From Eledone cirrhosa (Eukaryota): a DNA stretch of 64,000 nt. Under the pieces are notes generated by a model, which was not told the origin of the DNA, did not search any database, and saw only the letters and a program-made list of their open reading frames with translations. Where the stretch lies: NCBI GenBank assembly GCA_964016885.1, contig OZ024753.1, forward strand, positions 37,758,001-37,822,000, read 5' to 3'. A program made the translations under genes and the position numbers. The first letter of the stretch is position 1. Every line of letters starts with the position of its first letter. Below are positions 63,501 to 64,000 of this stretch, in pieces.

Positions 63501-64000
63501 TCAGGATATGTGTAGGGTATGTTAGTATATGTGTAGTGTATGTCAGGATATGTGTAGGGTATGTTAGTATATGTGTGGGGTATGTCAGTATATGTGTAGG
63601 GTATGTCAGGATATATGTAGGGTATGTTAGTATATGTGTGGGGTATGTCAGTATATGTGTAGTGTATGTCAGTATATGTGTGGGGTATGTCAGGATATGT
63701 GTAGGGTATGTTAGTATATGTGTGGGGTATGATAGGATATGTGTAGGGTATGTCAGGAAATGTGTAGGGTATGTCAGTATATGTGTGGGGTATGATAGGA
63801 TATGTCAGGATATGTGTAGGGTATGTTAGTATATGTGTGGGGTATGTCAGTATATGTGTAGGGTATGTCAGGATATGTGTAGGGTATGTTAGTATATGTG
63901 TGGGGTATGATAGGATATGTGAAGGGTATGTTGATTTTTTTTTTTTTTTGTATTTTCCAGTGTAAGAAACAGGATGCAAATGAGTTTGGATAAACTTGCT
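31283..64000 (+). CDS. CPLANE1: Ciliogenesis and planar polarity effector 1 (C5orf42/JBTS17 orthologue), 3'-partial; 32 coding exons, about 3131 codons in window
   Basis: N-terminus MAEDLTIYLNVIASTNIKRKKPWSQIIWIGK|EGEESLILLD resembles vertebrate CPLANE1. Further recalled blocks: MGPAFFLPIHPVI, FSISTHPHSPVIICSDG, VVQSLARYMAMYF, GLVPEAAWFSNKVGDWK, FRDFCGLTWFLHVRDQLS, LSSVSDIIIDL. Exons: 31283-31375, 32143-32281, 32926-33045, 33986-34206, 34738-34847, 35292-35534, 35956-36138, 36740-37846, 38340-38542, 39056-39130, 39641-39858, 40557-40716, 41165-41390, 42430-42551, 43061-43281, 43796-43975, 44461-44676, 45962-47634, 48063-48131, 48649-48949, 49242-50485, 50875-50944, 51283-51394, 51602-51720, 52424-52765, 53168-53339, 53905-54439, 54726-54873, 55534-56016, 56755-56870, 58693-58824, 63961-64000 (partial). 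All are GT-AG with consistent phases. The low-complexity C-terminal exons are less certain. Confidence 0.88.
36740..37846 (+). CDS. CPLANE1: CPLANE1 large coding exon 8
   Basis: 1107 nt open exon within ORF 36708..37850; acceptor ttttgtag, donor GA|gtaagt. Confidence 0.9.
38002..38272 (+). mobile_element. Same SINE family, 5'-truncated
   Basis: CORE part, RTE-like tail and (GAT)n. Confidence 0.8.
39416..39544. repeat. About 130-bp fold-back inverted repeat
   Basis: aaagaatcgctgctttcacccttaa.ggg aagat ccc.ttaagggtgaaagcagcgattcttt. Confidence 0.9.
41450..42130 (+). repeat. About 60-bp GTG-rich minisatellite in a CPLANE1 intron
   Basis: gtagagatgatagtggtgacaacagtaacagatgtagtggtgata(gtg)n units. 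Confidence 0.95.
43380..43640 (+). mobile_element. Old RTE-clade RT C-terminal fragment
   Basis: VELLLLQIVRSQLRY then frameshifted VVRMSR; similar to 23110-23380. Confidence 0.55.
44709..45415 (+). mobile_element. Head-to-tail array of an about 190-bp tRNA-like SINE
   Basis: About 4 units containing gagttcaaatccc..ctttgcctttcatccttacg(a/g)ggtcgataaaataaagtaccagt..agaaacaattatt. Dispersed copies at about 28890, 40940, 48270, 51070 and 57585. Confidence 0.8.
45962..47634 (+). CDS. CPLANE1: CPLANE1 large coding exon 18
   Basis: 1673 nt open exon containing ORF 46052..47638; acceptor tatatag, donor AC|gtgagt. Confidence 0.88.
47822..48032 (+). repeat. About 27-bp AT-rich tandem repeat
   Basis: acatataaaatgatgttgatatatat units. 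Confidence 0.9.
49242..50485 (+). CDS. CPLANE1: CPLANE1 large low-complexity coding exon 21
   Basis: 1244 nt open exon containing ORF 49296..50489; acceptor ttcctag, donor AG|gtaagt. Confidence 0.82.
53389..53609. mobile_element. piggyBac-type MITE
   Basis: TTAA TSD and TIRs. Confidence 0.8.
56921..57498 (+). mobile_element. 3' fragment of a Tx1/L1-like LINE in a (TCTA)n tract
   Basis: Decayed ORF2 end (VFLCLVAM..YHFRRKVRVE..KFAERWVNV), T-rich 3' UTR, AATAAA, then (TCTA)n. A (TCTA)n tract also lies at the 5' side. Confidence 0.6.
59878..60061 (+). mobile_element. Full-length about 190-bp SINE with target-site duplication
   Basis: Flanked by attattttagcggcctcgg at 59859-59877 and 60062-60080. 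Confidence 0.85.
61850..63930 (+). repeat. 21-bp minisatellite, about 2.1 kb
   Basis: gtagggtatgtcaggatatgt with a few recurrent variants and about 10-bp half units. Confidence 0.97.

Noticed and set aside
61958-63979. (VGYVRIC)n ORFs or CRISPR/telomere-like array
   Set aside because: Contiguous 21-bp units with no unique spacers, not TTAGGG repeats, and frameshifted by half units.

Overview
AT-rich, repeat-dense animal genomic DNA. The SINE/RTE and microsatellite content suggests an octopus-like coleoid cephalopod (inference from recall). Three intron-rich genes were reconstructed by hand with phase-consistent GT-AG junctions. (1) TM9SF4 on the minus strand: 14 coding exons, 21484->3768, continuing past the left edge. 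(2) RPS20 on the plus strand: complete, 120 aa, 21999-26917, head-to-head with TM9SF4. (3) CPLANE1/C5orf42/JBTS17 on the plus strand: 32 coding exons, about 3130 codons, from 31283 and continuing past the right edge. Most ORF-track entries are microsatellite or repeat artefacts. Top observations: the last RPS20 intron is a U12-type (minor) intron carrying three copies of a candidate H/ACA snoRNA whose pocket fits the 18S site equivalent to human Psi1232; an inverted copy of TM9SF4 exon 8 lies in a later intron of the same gene, with a strong T>C (G-U wobble-compatible) bias, making it a candidate ADAR editing-complementary sequence; (TA)n-embedded fold-back elements carry hammerhead-ribozyme core remnants; an RTE LINE and a SINE share a 3' end and form tail-to-tail junctions; a Tx1-like LINE end sits in a (TCTA)n tract.
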